Part shown: positions 1 to 9,871 of the stretch, in pieces
Position numbering within the stretch: position 1 is the stretch's first letter
Layout: each line of letters opens with the position of its first letter
Assembly (NCBI GenBank): GCA_977017575.1
Contig: CDRNVI010000144.1
Span: 124,001-188,000 of the forward strand
Length of the DNA stretch: 64,000 nucleotides
Direction of reading: 5' to 3'
From: Paramoeba atlantica
Taxonomy: Eukaryota > Protista > Discosea
The notes under the pieces: generated by a model
Databases searched by the model: none
What the model was told of the DNA's origin: nothing
What the model saw: only the letters and a program-made list of their open reading frames with translations
Position numbers and translations under genes: made by a program

Positions 1-1863
1 GAAGAAGAAGAAGAGAAGCAAAAAAACAGAGGTTGTGTGTTGCTCACCCTCCTCTCCCATTCTCTCTCCCCCCCCCCCAAGAACCCCCCCTCTTGCTCTT
101 TCATTTTTTGTTTTCCATTGTGATTGTGGGTATTTGTAATTTTTTTTCATACTCTCTGGGTTCAAATTTTCAGATTCACATCCAGAGAGTATGAAAAATC
201 CAAATGAAAAAAACACAAAAACATTGTCCTCCCAGATGAAATCTTCCAATCTCACAAACAAAAGAGAAAAAGAGAGGAACTAAAAAAAAGAATTACCCTC
301 AAGAGAGAGAAAAGACAAAGGGGGAAAACAGCAGTGAGAAAAAAAAGAAAAAAAAAACAAGAAAAAAAAAGGGAAAGACAAAAGAAAGAAAAGAAAAAAG
401 GAGAAAAAAAAACAGATGGAGAAAAAAGAAAAAAAGAAAACCCAAGAAAAGAAAAAAAAGGAAAACTCAAAAAAACAAAAAAAAAAAACCTCTTTTCTTG
501 ATCAGCCAGAATGCCCCTCTCCCCTCTCCCTCCCATGAAACATCCCCCCCCACCCCCCACCCCTCCTCAAAAAATTATCATCATGATATTTGTGGTTGAT
601 TCTATCACCATCCCTTTTAACCCCCCCCCTCTCCCCCTCTCCCTTTGCATTCCCCCCTTTTACTCCCTCTCCCCCCATCACCCACCCCACAGAAAAAGGC
701 AGTTGTTCAAGTCAGTTTGGAAGCTCCCTCAATGGAGGTCACATTGAGTGGAAAAGAGAATGAAAGAAAGGAAAAAAAGAGAGGGAGGGGGAACTGAAGA
801 GGTCGGAAGAAGAAAACTGAAGAGGGTGAAAAGGAGAGAAGAGGAAGGAAGAAAAAACGAAAAAAAAAAAACCAATTATCAAGCTGACAAAGAGCATCTT
901 TTTGCCGAAAAATTAAGGGATCTAAATCAGCGGCTCAACCGCTTTTTTTTTTGTTTGGTGAAAAGGAGGAAGAGAGAAGAGAGAAGAGAGAAGAGAGAAG
1001 AGAGAGAGAGAGAGAAAGAGAGAGAGACTTTGTTTGGTAAAAGTTTGTGTTTGGGTTGTTGAATTCAAGGGATCTCTCCTCTTTTTCCTTTGGTTTTTTT
1101 TTGACTTTTCATGGTTTGTTTCTTTTGTTTCTTTTGTTTCTTTTGTTTTTCTTTCTTTCCTTTCCTTTTTTTTTGTCTTTTTGGATTTTTGTCTCAACCT
1201 TCCAAAGATTGTTCTGAGGTTTTCTTTCTTTTTTTGTCATTTCAAACTTTTCAAACTGCTGTTTTTAAATTTTTCCTCTTTTTGAATGTATTTTGGTGAC
1301 CCCCCAAAAAATCATATTTGAAGTGGAGGAGGGAGAATGAGTACATAGAAAGAGAAAAGAGAGAGAGAGGCGGGGGAAAAAAAAGAAGGATTGTTGCCTT
1401 TTCAAAAAGTAATTGCTAGATTCAATAAAAATCAATTTATTCAAATTTTAAAGAGCAAGTGAGTGGGTGATGTTCCTGCCCCCCCACTCCTCTTTTTTTG
1501 TTGTTTAAAATCAAATTGTTTTGTTGAGAGAAATAAGAATGAAAATTTTATTTGTGACCCCACAGAGTGGCAGAAAGAACACACTGCTTTTGAAGTGTTT
1601 CAGTGAATCAACTCACAAAACAAAGATTTATTTTTGAGAGAGAGTGAGTTGGTGTTTGCATTTTCGTTTTGGCTCTCACTCTCCCCTTCAAAATTGTGAG
1701 AATGGATGTTTACCCACTCAGCAAGCGCCTCCCATCAACCCTGACAACAGTGCAATAAAATGTGAGAGTTTAAAGTTTCCATTCTGGAATAAAAGACCTG
1801 GACTGGTGGGGTCATGAATGCCTTTTTTGTGCCATTTGAGAGGAATTTATTCTGGGGATGAAG

Positions 1864-3228
1864 GTCTGTTTGACTGAAAACCACAATCATGTCATTCACC
1901 AAATGAGGAAGACCACATTTTTCTCTGTTTTTTTGGTCTCTGTTCTCCTGCTGCTATTCCTGCCTTCACCATTGACTTGACAAGATGGTGGGTCACTTGT
2001 TCACCCTTCTTCTCCTTGGAGAAACTCGAAATCTTCATCAGTAAGAAGGCAGGAATGATCACTTCCAATTTTAACTTCATCATGAGTCATCGATTGTCTG
2101 AGTATGTAGACCACTTTAATTGACGATCACAAAGCGCAAACGCAAAGCCACTGAATCGCTGAATTGGGTCAAATTTCGCAAATCGAAAAAGAGGATCATT
2201 TTGAGGGAGTGAGAACCCTGAATGGGTCCCATTTTTCTTTTTTTGTTTTCGTGTGTTTTTGTTTTTGTTTTTGTTTGTTGAAATTTATTTTCGTTTTTTT
2301 TGACAATCGAAATTTTTGATTGAATTCTTCAACTTACTCTTTTGATGGTTGAAACTTTTATTCTTTTTTTTTTGAAAAAAAAAGAATAAAAGTTTGGACA
2401 AGGGAAGAAGATCAAGTTGAGGCTGGTTGTGGGGCTGTTCATTCTCCTCTTTCACCTCCATCATTGTTTCAATGCGAACGAAAACAAGTTTGCAATTGGA
2501 CCCATTCAAAATGCGACGGGTGTTTTTGGAGCTTTGCAGAATGCAAATTTGAAAAAGGATGTGTTTCCACACAAAAAAAATGGAAAAAATTTGGAAAATT
2601 TGCGAAAATTTTTGCGATTTTCAGTTTGCAAACTTGTTTTTTGGCGTTTACAACTCATCTAATTAAAGGGGTCTCCGTATCTCAATATTCATCAATCTTG
2701 ACATCTCCATGACCACCAAAACGTTTAGCGTATTCAAAGCCTGTGCCTAGTTTCTCCTTGTTGAGCACCTCAGCCACATTTGAACATTGTATTGAGAGCC
2801 TGCATCAATTCATGAAGGACAGAAGCCTTCGCCTTCTTCTCAATTGGTCTCTTGCTCACATGGGCTTGGTAAACTTGATCAGGGATTCTCAGTGCTTCAA
2901 CTCCAGGGAGGCTCATGGAGGTCCTGACAGACTTGAAGTTGGCTGAGATGTAGTCAATTTGCTGATCACCACTGGAAATTTCCCATCAATTCAGGAACTC
3001 CTCCTGCTTCTTCTCCTTTGTGTCCTTCTCCAGCATCTGCCATATGTGGTCCAAATTTTATGAATTGGTGAATGGAAAAAATGAAAGTGATTTGGTTGTT
3101 GTGATGGTTGATAATTCAGTGAACTTCTTTTCGAAATTGATAACTTTCTCAAAGCCACAATCTTGGTGAACAAACTCTTTTGGTGAAACAGCTAATAAAA
3201 ACACCTTTTTTATGACTTACCATGCTTT
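1864..3228 (-). mobile_element. Degenerate fragment of the DIRS1-like element (gag region plus left ITR), interrupted at ~2105-2680
   Basis: 1864-2100 and 2690-2945 align by eye with 44448-44960. 3070-3228 matches the ITR at 45296-45430 and ends in the same ...GACTTACCATGCTTT terminus. Many CpG to TpG/CpA changes. Confidence 0.85.
2108..2674. mobile_element. Putative MITE inserted in the DIRS remnant
   Basis: Imperfect terminal inverted repeats AGACCACTTTAATTGA and AGACCCCTTTAATTAGA (reverse complement). DIRS homology resumes on both sides. No clear TSD. Confidence 0.4.
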
Positions 3229-5586
3229 GGACAAGTCTGCAATAAGTTTCCAGTGTTCTCCTCCAGGGATTTTCTCTCCAAAAGGCAGGTGAATCCTCTT
3301 CTCCTGCATGTATTTTGCCATATTTAGCCATTGACATTGGCGACTTGTGTGGTCTGTATTCCCACAAAGTAGGCATCTTTGGGTTCCATGCACTTTTTTG
3401 TGGATGGGTACTTCAATTGTAGTCTGATGTGTTCCTTGAGTGTTGCAACCTTGGCTGTCAATTGTTTTTGTTGAAGATGGAGTATCATATCTTCTCTGCT
3501 CACCATTACACGATTTTGAACCTGCAAGAAATGAAAAAGAAAGTGGATGAAGTATTGTTTTTTGCTTGTGTTTTTATTGACTTGTACTTTTCACTGAACT
3601 GATGAATTTCATAACTTTTCTCAATGTTGATAATCGAAAACAAGCCAATAAAAACACCTTTATTCCTTATCATGCTTTTGTTGTGTCCCACACAAAGTAA
3701 ACAGAGAGATACCAAAACGCTTGATCAATTCCTCAAAATCACCCAAGGCAAACCCTCCAACACGAAAAAAAAGGTCTTGTTCAACCCTTCAGGGAAGGAG
3801 TATCAATTCCCCAATATTGGATCATTTTCTTTGCTTCTTCAGAAGTTAGAGGAGTCACAACAGAAACTGTCCTTTTTGCTGGGTCTTTTTGTAATTTTGT
3901 TCTTTTTGCTGATTGAGCTTGCTGTGCGGTTTTGAATGCAAGATTGTTGAACAAATTGATCGATTGTTTTTGTGAATCATAAACCTTCTCCATAATTTGT
4001 TTTGTGATGTTATTGCACAAATTTTTGAGAGACTGGTCCTTGTAATTGTTTCTGTTGTCTTTTTGAACATTGAATGCAAACTTTGACATTATCAAGCAAA
4101 TTTCTGTGTCTCTTGCAGTTTCAACCTGAAACACAAAGCTTGATTCTTCTGGAGAAACTTTTCAAATGTGTGTCAATGGCATTCTTCTGTTTTTTGGGGG
4201 TGGCTTGAGGGTGAGTTTTCTTGATTTTGTCTTCAATTTCTTGGGAATTCATGGCTATTATTGGTTCAAAAAAGTGAAACAAGAAATTTGTTGAGTGGCT
4301 CTCTTGCTTTACTGGCAGAATTTGGTTGGATATTCTGTGTTTCCAGGTTCCATTATTGGGTGTTGGGTTGCCCTACACCTTGGGCATTCCCTCAAAATAT
4401 CCCCATCAGGACCAGAATTTTCAGAGGGTGTTGTTTGTGGAGGATGAGAGGAGACTGGACGAGGATATGAAATTGGAAGAGGAAGGTGAGGGGAGTTTGA
4501 TGGACAAAGTGATGAGACCAGAGGAGAAGTTCCTGGAGGATGAGGAGAAGAAACCAGAGGATAAGAGGAGAAGATACTGGAGGGTGAGGGGTTGTGAGAA
4601 ATATAATGTGTGTGATTTCAGATCAGCAGGGGATTCTGTGCCCCAGCAGTCCATTATTGCATTGGCCTCCTCAGAAGAAGAGGGAGTCACATTAATTGTT
4701 CTCTTTTCCAGATCTTGCTACAGTTTCTGATGTTGTGCATATTTTGCGAGCCAAGCATTCAAAAAAAAGTGAGGTCAAGATTGAAATTTGTTTTCCTTGG
4801 TTGGTGATGAAAGATTTCTTCCTCAATTTGTTTTGCAACTGAATTCCAAATTATTTTGAGTGAACCATCTTTAAATTCTTCACTATTCTCTTTCTACACT
4901 TCAAAAGCAAAAAGTTTCAACAAATTTCTTCTTCTGTGATTGTTGCTGGATTGTACTTGAATTTTTTTTCTCACTCAGTGTTCAACCATCAAAGGACAGT
5001 CTGCCAAATAGCTTTGTTTGCTTTTTTTTGTATTTTCTGGAATTTCGCTCTGAAAATAAGAGGGGTGTGTTTTTCGAAAAATTGGATGTCATGAAATGAA
5101 AACATCTCCAAATGACCATCCAACCCCCATGAGGAACTCTGTAAAATCTAAAGAAAAGCTCAAAGTGATCCTGTCAGGTTGTGAGAGTGTTTCGACTCTC
5201 GAAGGTGCTTCTCAATTTGGTGTTGTTTTGTTGTTTCCTCTGTGTTTGCCTGATTCAGGAGCGTTTTGTTTTGCCCAAATTTGTGTTTCATCACGAATTT
5301 GGTTTGTATTGCTTTTGTTGTGCTTTGAGCAGAAGTTGTAGAAATCATAGTAAACTTAGGAGATTTAAACCGATCCGTTTCTTTGTTCTGTTTATATCAG
5401 TAGTAGAGATGCGCCACTCTGTACTGATCCTCAAGCAAGCAGATGAGTTCAAGGAACTGAAGGAAAACAAGAGAATTTTGAAGGAGTTGGGGGGGGGGGT
5501 AGAGGAAAAAAAGAAAGAAAAAAAACTCCACCTGGAGGGAGGGTTCAAACCACCACCAAAAAAAAAATCAAAAGACAAAAAAAAAG

Positions 5587-5659
5587 TGCTCCCAGTGAGG
5601 ATCAAACTCACGACCTTCAGATTATGAGACTGACGCTCTACTGACTGAGCCACGGAAGC
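5587..5659 (-). tRNA. tRNA-Met-CAT: tRNA-Met(CAT), elongator type, probably decaying
   Basis: Full cloverleaf GCTTCCG...TGGGAGCA with anticodon loop CTCATAA. The D-loop reads GTCAGTA (G18 lost) and the T-loop TTTGATC (C56 lost); both are CpG-type transitions. Confidence 0.85.
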
Positions 5660-6185
5660 CAATGTCAATGTTCAAACTCTGTTTTTTTGTGTAGTCATCA
5701 AACTCAGAAAAGTGTCATATCATCACTGGTTTCTATGATGACCTATGTGCTTTTAACACAGGCTCTTGAAACAAAATGCTCCTCAACACTCTTAAATTGC
5801 AACAATTCCTGAAGTGGTTTTGCCTGATGATGATAGGACTGTGAACCACCTTTTGAGCCATAATCTTTAGTAAAGGAATGGAGCTGTAATTTTGAAGATC
5901 CAACAACAAGATAATGACTGGGCAAGGGGAAACCATTACAAAATGCCATCCCTGAGCACAACCCGTGCAATGCTCTACACACTAAAGATAAAAAAATAAA
6001 AAATATAAAGTTATTTTAGCTTCAAAACTGAACAAAAATTAAAGAAGGAACAAAGTGATGGAGAAAAGACCAACAAAAAAGAAAAGACGAACAAAATGAT
6101 GGAGAAAAAGACAAACAAAAAAGAAAAGACAAACATGAAAGGACAGAGAAAGAAAAAAGAAAAGAAAAGAAGAAAAAAAGAAAGT

Positions 6186-6256
6186 AGGCTCCAATGGGAA
6201 TCGAACCCATGACCTCCACCTTACTAGGGTGGCGCTCTGCCAGCTAAGCTATGGAG
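6186..6256 (-). pseudogene. tRNA-Thr-AGT: tRNA-Thr(AGT) nt 3-73, interrupted by a retrotransposon; nt 1-2 (GG) lie at 11308-11309
   Basis: Cloverleaf intact from C3 to T73 (anticodon arm CCACC-CTAGTAA-GGTGG). Joining 6256 to 11308 restores the GGCTCCA/TGGAGCC acceptor stem. Confidence 0.9.
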
Positions 6257-6371
6257 TAACCCTCCGAGAGTTCCTTTCTAAAGGAACAAGACTCATGGAG
6301 AAGACAAAAGGAGACAGAAACAAGAAAAAAGGAGAGAAAGACAGAAGGAAAAATCCAAAGAGGACTGCACA
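6257..6371 (-). repeat. Split direct repeat B2 (115 bp)
   Basis: Identical by eye to 6875-6989. Confidence 0.95.
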
Positions 6372-6660
6372 TTTATTCCATCCCGACCCACCCTACATGA
6401 GCCAAGTGCATTGACATAACAGACAAGCCAAAAGGGCTTGGAAGTGAAATGATCACCAGATCCAAGAAGAATCTGGAAACCGAAAGGTTGAATGGTTCTA
6501 CCCGAGACATGTATCCACACATCTGATGCTCATCGACGAATCCGTACTCCAAAGTGGAGAGTCCAAACGCATAGTCCAATGCCAAAGTCCAAGGTGCAAG
6601 ACCAAGGAGCAAAAGGAAAGAACAAAGGAGAGCAAGCAGCAAGGGTGGGGTGGACGGGAT

Positions 6661-6874
6661 GAACACAAGAAAACAACATTCACGAGAACGAAGGAACAAA
6701 AAGAAAAGTGAAAAAGAAAGAAGAAAGAAGCGAGAGCGGTGACACTGGTCGAGATTCCAATCTCAGAGACCAACAGGGTCTGATGTCAGCCACCTTACCA
6801 GAAAAAGGAGACCCCGGGTGAGGGAAAAGTCACCCTCTACAGGTTACCCCGCTTTCCTAATTGGAAAGCGGCCA
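6661..6874 (-). repeat. Split direct repeat A2 (214 bp)
   Basis: Matches 11094-11307 with 4 substitutions, all at CpG sites. Confidence 0.95.
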
Positions 6875-6989
6875 TAACCCTCCGAGAGTTCCTTTCTAAA
6901 GGAACAAGACTCATGGAGAAGACAAAAGGAGACAGAAACAAGAAAAAAGGAGAGAAAGACAGAAGGAAAAATCCAAAGAGGACTGCACA
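6875..6989 (-). repeat. Split direct repeat B1 (115 bp)
   Basis: Identical by eye to 6257-6371; directly abuts A2. Confidence 0.95.
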
Positions 6990-6994
6990 AATAG

Positions 6995-9826
6995 TTATGG
7001 TTGGGTCATGGTCCCTGGCGAGACCATCAAGGAGAAAAGTTCTGTTTTCGACGCCATAATGCCAGCAATGTATCTCCTTATAGTGTCTGAGTGCCAATCT
7101 CCACACGTACAGATGACCAATTCAGGGGCTCCGCCCAGAGCTGCACTGATTGCACCGCCAACCCTTCCACTTTTTCCCGTGAATCTGGAGCCCATGGAAG
7201 GATCCACCGCTGCTGCAATAAAGTTGAAAATGGTGCCCATTATGCCAGGGGGAAGAGGAAACTCTTTTGCATCTGCAAACAGTGGGCTTGTGTCCGTACC
7301 ATTTTCGTATCGAGCAATACACAGTAAGTACACAGCGCATGGAAGGCAAAAGGTTCTAATGGAATCCGAAGAGCAAGACAAAAGATGCCATGGATTCCGC
7401 TTTAAAATCTTATCAGACTTCCTTGCTCTGAGACGTACCCAAACACCACTTTGAGCGAGGTGAACGTCCGAGAGGAGGATCTTACCAATTTCACCAGGGC
7501 GCAACATTAAACGACAAGCCAATGCAGCGATGACCGCATAGAACTTGGTCGAAGAGGAACTGGTTTCCCATGCATGGATTGCCAGAGACATGGGAAATGG
7601 CTGAACATCAGGGAGTTTTCTTGGCACCTTCCTGGCTGCAGTGACGACTGACTGATCCACAACTGGTGGGGTAAGGCCGAGATCTTTGTGAATTCTTCTT
7701 ACCGCAGAAATGACACTGAGAGCCGCTGCCCCCAGACCATGAGCTAGTTTGGACCGAACATATTCTGACAACACTGCATTTGTCGCAGGGAAAGCGCAAT
7801 AGTTTCTTTCACACGCCCAGGAGTCGAAGGCCGCACATATCGTGAGGTAGCTGGCTCTGGTGGAGGGCTCGAGCGGGTCACAAAGAGGTTCGGGCAAAAC
7901 CAAACTGCTATCCATTTTGTCAATGAAATCTGTGACAGTTCTGTTGAACAACCGACTGGTTGATGCATTGTTCCTGACGTCCAATCCAAAGTGAGCAGCC
8001 AAGCGCTTCCACGTAACAGGGGTTGTAACCACGGACATTTCCAAGACGGCGCAACGACCAGGGCATGTGTTTGAGATTCGAAGAGAGTTGCTAATGCTGG
8101 TGCGATTATACTCAGAGGGGGACACATCCACGCTTTCTGTGGCCAAGTTTTTGCAAATGCATTGACGCCTGCACTGTTTGGACAAAGGGTCATTGAGAAG
8201 AAGCAAGGAACAACCGCTGACAGATTGCAGGCGAACAGATCCATGTCTAGGGGGGGAACAATGCTCAGCAGAAGTGACCGAACCCAAGGTAACGTCATCC
8301 AAGATCCCCGATCGTTGAGACGAGAAGGAGTGTCGGCTGGATTTATTGCTGATGGGATGTAACGAGGATTCCACAAATGCAGATCGTTCTGTAGGAGAAG
8401 AAGAACGGCCTTTCTTGCTATTGAGTCCAGAAAATCGTTCCTGCTTCCCCCCTTCTTTAGAGCATAAAGAGCCACCACATTGTCTATGAGAGGCTGGATT
8501 GCATCGCCCATCCGAATCACCTTCAGGTTGAGGGAAGTTTGTATTGCCTCCATGAAAGCCAAGAGTTCCAGTGCTGCAATGGAGAACATTGCTGTCTCGT
8601 CGCTGAACCGGCTTGCCACTGAGATTGTACCTTCCTCTGCATCTATCACAAATCCCCATCCCATCCAACGTTCTGACTTGGAAGCATCCGAGACAACGAT
8701 CTTGGTTTGTAGAGGGCGGGAGAATGGTCTCCCATTGTTCTCGTAAATCTGAGTCCAGAGAAAGGTCAGGATTGCGATTGTCATTGGTGGAACCACCATG
8801 TAAGAATCCCACATCCATGTAGGTCTCAGAATCCTCAAGGGTTTTCGTGCTGGGCTGGCAATCTTGACAATGTCCAACGCTGGTGCCAGAGAAGTTAGTG
8901 TCCCCATCACTTTGGCAAGTTGCCGGGCTGTGACATTCCCTAAGAGCAAGAGAGCGATTGTGTTTTCGATGACTGCGAGTGCCTTTTCCTTTCTTGCTTC
9001 TGTTATGAACAGCATGGAGATTGTTGAGTCTATTCTGAGGCCCATGTACACCAGATTCTGAGTTGGAGTCAATTTGCACTTGTGAAAGGCAATCTTGAAG
9101 CCCAGATTCTCGAAGAAGGGGAGAATGAAACTGCGAACCATATGGTCCAGAAAGAGAGGAGAAGAAGCTGTCATTAGAAAGTCGTCGACCCACACCAGAA
9201 TGGACACTCCTGGGCACAGGACACGAAGGATCTTTGCAAGTTCCAGAGAGGTTTTGGCTGCAACAAAAGCTGAGATCTTGAATCTGAACATTGTGGCTAG
9301 GAACAGGAAGAATTTCTTGTTCAGCTGAAAACCCATCCACTGTTGGCTGTCTTGGTGGAGCATGAAGTGGAGATAGAAATCGCTCAGATCGATGGTCACC
9401 ATGTAAGCATCCTTGGGAATCACCATGGAGAAGAATGGGATCACTTTGAGCCTCAACTTCTGATACAGAGAATAAAGTTTGTCCACTTGTGTACCCACAA
9501 CAACCAGTCTCAGAGTCTTGCACGGGCACGAACCACTCTTGGGTGCAGTCTTGAGAGTGTTTACAGCGAAGGGGGGAGAGCTGACCTCCTTCACCACCGA
9601 AAGACGACGAAGTCTCTGAATTTCGTTTGTGACAAAAGCAGTGTGTTCCACCGGAAACTTGTTCTGAGCATGAAAAGGCTGAGCACTGGCATTTATCGGG
9701 ATGTGTACCCCTGTGTTGACCCACTCCAGGACATCTGAAGGTAGAGGTAACGTGTTCCAAACACTCCGACGACTGTGCAATCGTGCTGGAAGGTTGGTTT
9801 GGCTTGGGAGGGGATGAAGCGAGCAA
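6995..9826 (-). CDS. Tyrosine recombinase ORF (YR domain in the C-terminal ~290 aa; N-terminal part overlaps the RT ORF in another frame)
   Basis: YR-like motifs RLMLRPGE, RARKSDK, GKSGRVGG and GDWHSDTIRRY. Open for 943 codons; true start uncertain. Confidence 0.88.
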   Translation of the reverse strand: MLASSPPKPNQPSSTIAQSSECLEHVTSTFRCPGVGQHRGTHPDKCQCSAFSCSEQVSGGTHCFCHKRNSETSSSFGGEGGQLSPLRCKHSQDCTQEWFVPVQDSETGCCGYTSGQTLFSVSEVEAQSDPILLHGDSQGCLHGDHRSERFLSPLHAPPRQPTVDGFSAEQEILPVPSHNVQIQDLSFCCSQNLSGTCKDPSCPVPRSVHSGVGRRLSNDSFFSSLSGPYGSQFHSPLLRESGLQDCLSQVQIDSNSESGVHGPQNRLNNLHAVHNRSKKGKGTRSHRKHNRSLALRECHSPATCQSDGDTNFSGTSVGHCQDCQPSTKTLEDSETYMDVGFLHGGSTNDNRNPDLSLDSDLREQWETILPPSTNQDRCLGCFQVRTLDGMGICDRCRGRYNLSGKPVQRRDSNVLHCSTGTLGFHGGNTNFPQPEGDSDGRCNPASHRQCGGSLCSKEGGKQERFSGLNSKKGRSSSPTERSAFVESSLHPISNKSSRHSFSSQRSGILDDVTLGSVTSAEHCSPPRHGSVRLQSVSGCSLLLLNDPLSKQCRRQCICKNLATESVDVSPSEYNRTSISNSLRISNTCPGRCAVLEMSVVTTPVTWKRLAAHFGLDVRNNASTSRLFNRTVTDFIDKMDSSLVLPEPLCDPLEPSTRASYLTICAAFDSWACERNYCAFPATNAVLSEYVRSKLAHGLGAAALSVISAVRRIHKDLGLTPPVVDQSVVTAARKVPRKLPDVQPFPMSLAIHAWETSSSSTKFYAVIAALACRLMLRPGEIGKILLSDVHLAQSGVWVRLRARKSDKILKRNPWHLLSCSSDSIRTFCLPCAVYLLCIARYENGTDTSPLFADAKEFPLPPGIMGTIFNFIAAAVDPSMGSRFTGKSGRVGGAISAALGGAPELVICTCGDWHSDTIRRYIAGIMASKTELFSLMVSPGTMTQP

Positions 9827-9867
9827 AAGGGGGCTCTTGGCAGCGTCATAACCCTCAACCGGGCCAA
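7744..9867 (-). CDS. Reverse transcriptase / RNase H / methyltransferase-like (MT) ORF
   Basis: TIDLSDFYLH, ATMFRFKISAF and WVDDFL (RT); VVSDASK...WGF, ELLA and IDNVVA (RNase H); MDLFAC...NAFAKTWP...CPP (MT). Start codon uncertain. Confidence 0.92.
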   Translation of the reverse strand: MARLRVMTLPRAPFCSLHPLPSQTNLPARLHSRRSVWNTLPLPSDVLEWVNTGVHIPINASAQPFHAQNKFPVEHTAFVTNEIQRLRRLSVVKEVSSPPFAVNTLKTAPKSGSCPCKTLRLVVVGTQVDKLYSLYQKLRLKVIPFFSMVIPKDAYMVTIDLSDFYLHFMLHQDSQQWMGFQLNKKFFLFLATMFRFKISAFVAAKTSLELAKILRVLCPGVSILVWVDDFLMTASSPLFLDHMVRSFILPFFENLGFKIAFHKCKLTPTQNLVYMGLRIDSTISMLFITEARKEKALAVIENTIALLLLGNVTARQLAKVMGTLTSLAPALDIVKIASPARKPLRILRPTWMWDSYMVVPPMTIAILTFLWTQIYENNGRPFSRPLQTKIVVSDASKSERWMGWGFVIDAEEGTISVASRFSDETAMFSIAALELLAFMEAIQTSLNLKVIRMGDAIQPLIDNVVALYALKKGGSRNDFLDSIARKAVLLLLQNDLHLWNPRYIPSAINPADTPSRLNDRGSWMTLPWVRSLLLSIVPPLDMDLFACNLSAVVPCFFSMTLCPNSAGVNAFAKTWPQKAWMCPPLSIIAPALATLFESQTHALVVAPSWKCPWLQPLLRGSAWLLTLDWTSGTMHQPVGCSTELSQISLTKWIAVWFCPNLFVTRSSPPPEPATSRYVRPSTPGRVKETIALSLRQMQCCQNMFGPN

Positions 9868-9871
9868 AGGG

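Noticed and set aside
252-1299. Many K/E/R-rich or F/L/S-rich ORFs (also ~13750-14380, 26000-27050, 29520-30120, 49090-50000)
   Set aside because: They are translations of polypurine or polypyrimidine low-complexity tracts with no domain signal.
3330-4730. Host protein gene in the ORFs at 3781-4134 and 4326-4730
   Set aside because: Short, on opposite strands, with no recognisable domain; probably decayed sequence.
5525-5551. tRNA-Asn 3'-end fragment (ACTCCACCTGGAGG...GGTTCAAACC)
   Set aside because: Too short and degenerate to call as a gene, although it resembles 34708-34730.
6520-6560. Hammerhead ribozyme in the PAT-like spacer
   Set aside because: CTGATGC does not match the CUGANGA core, and the required three-stem arrangement with GAAA is not evident.
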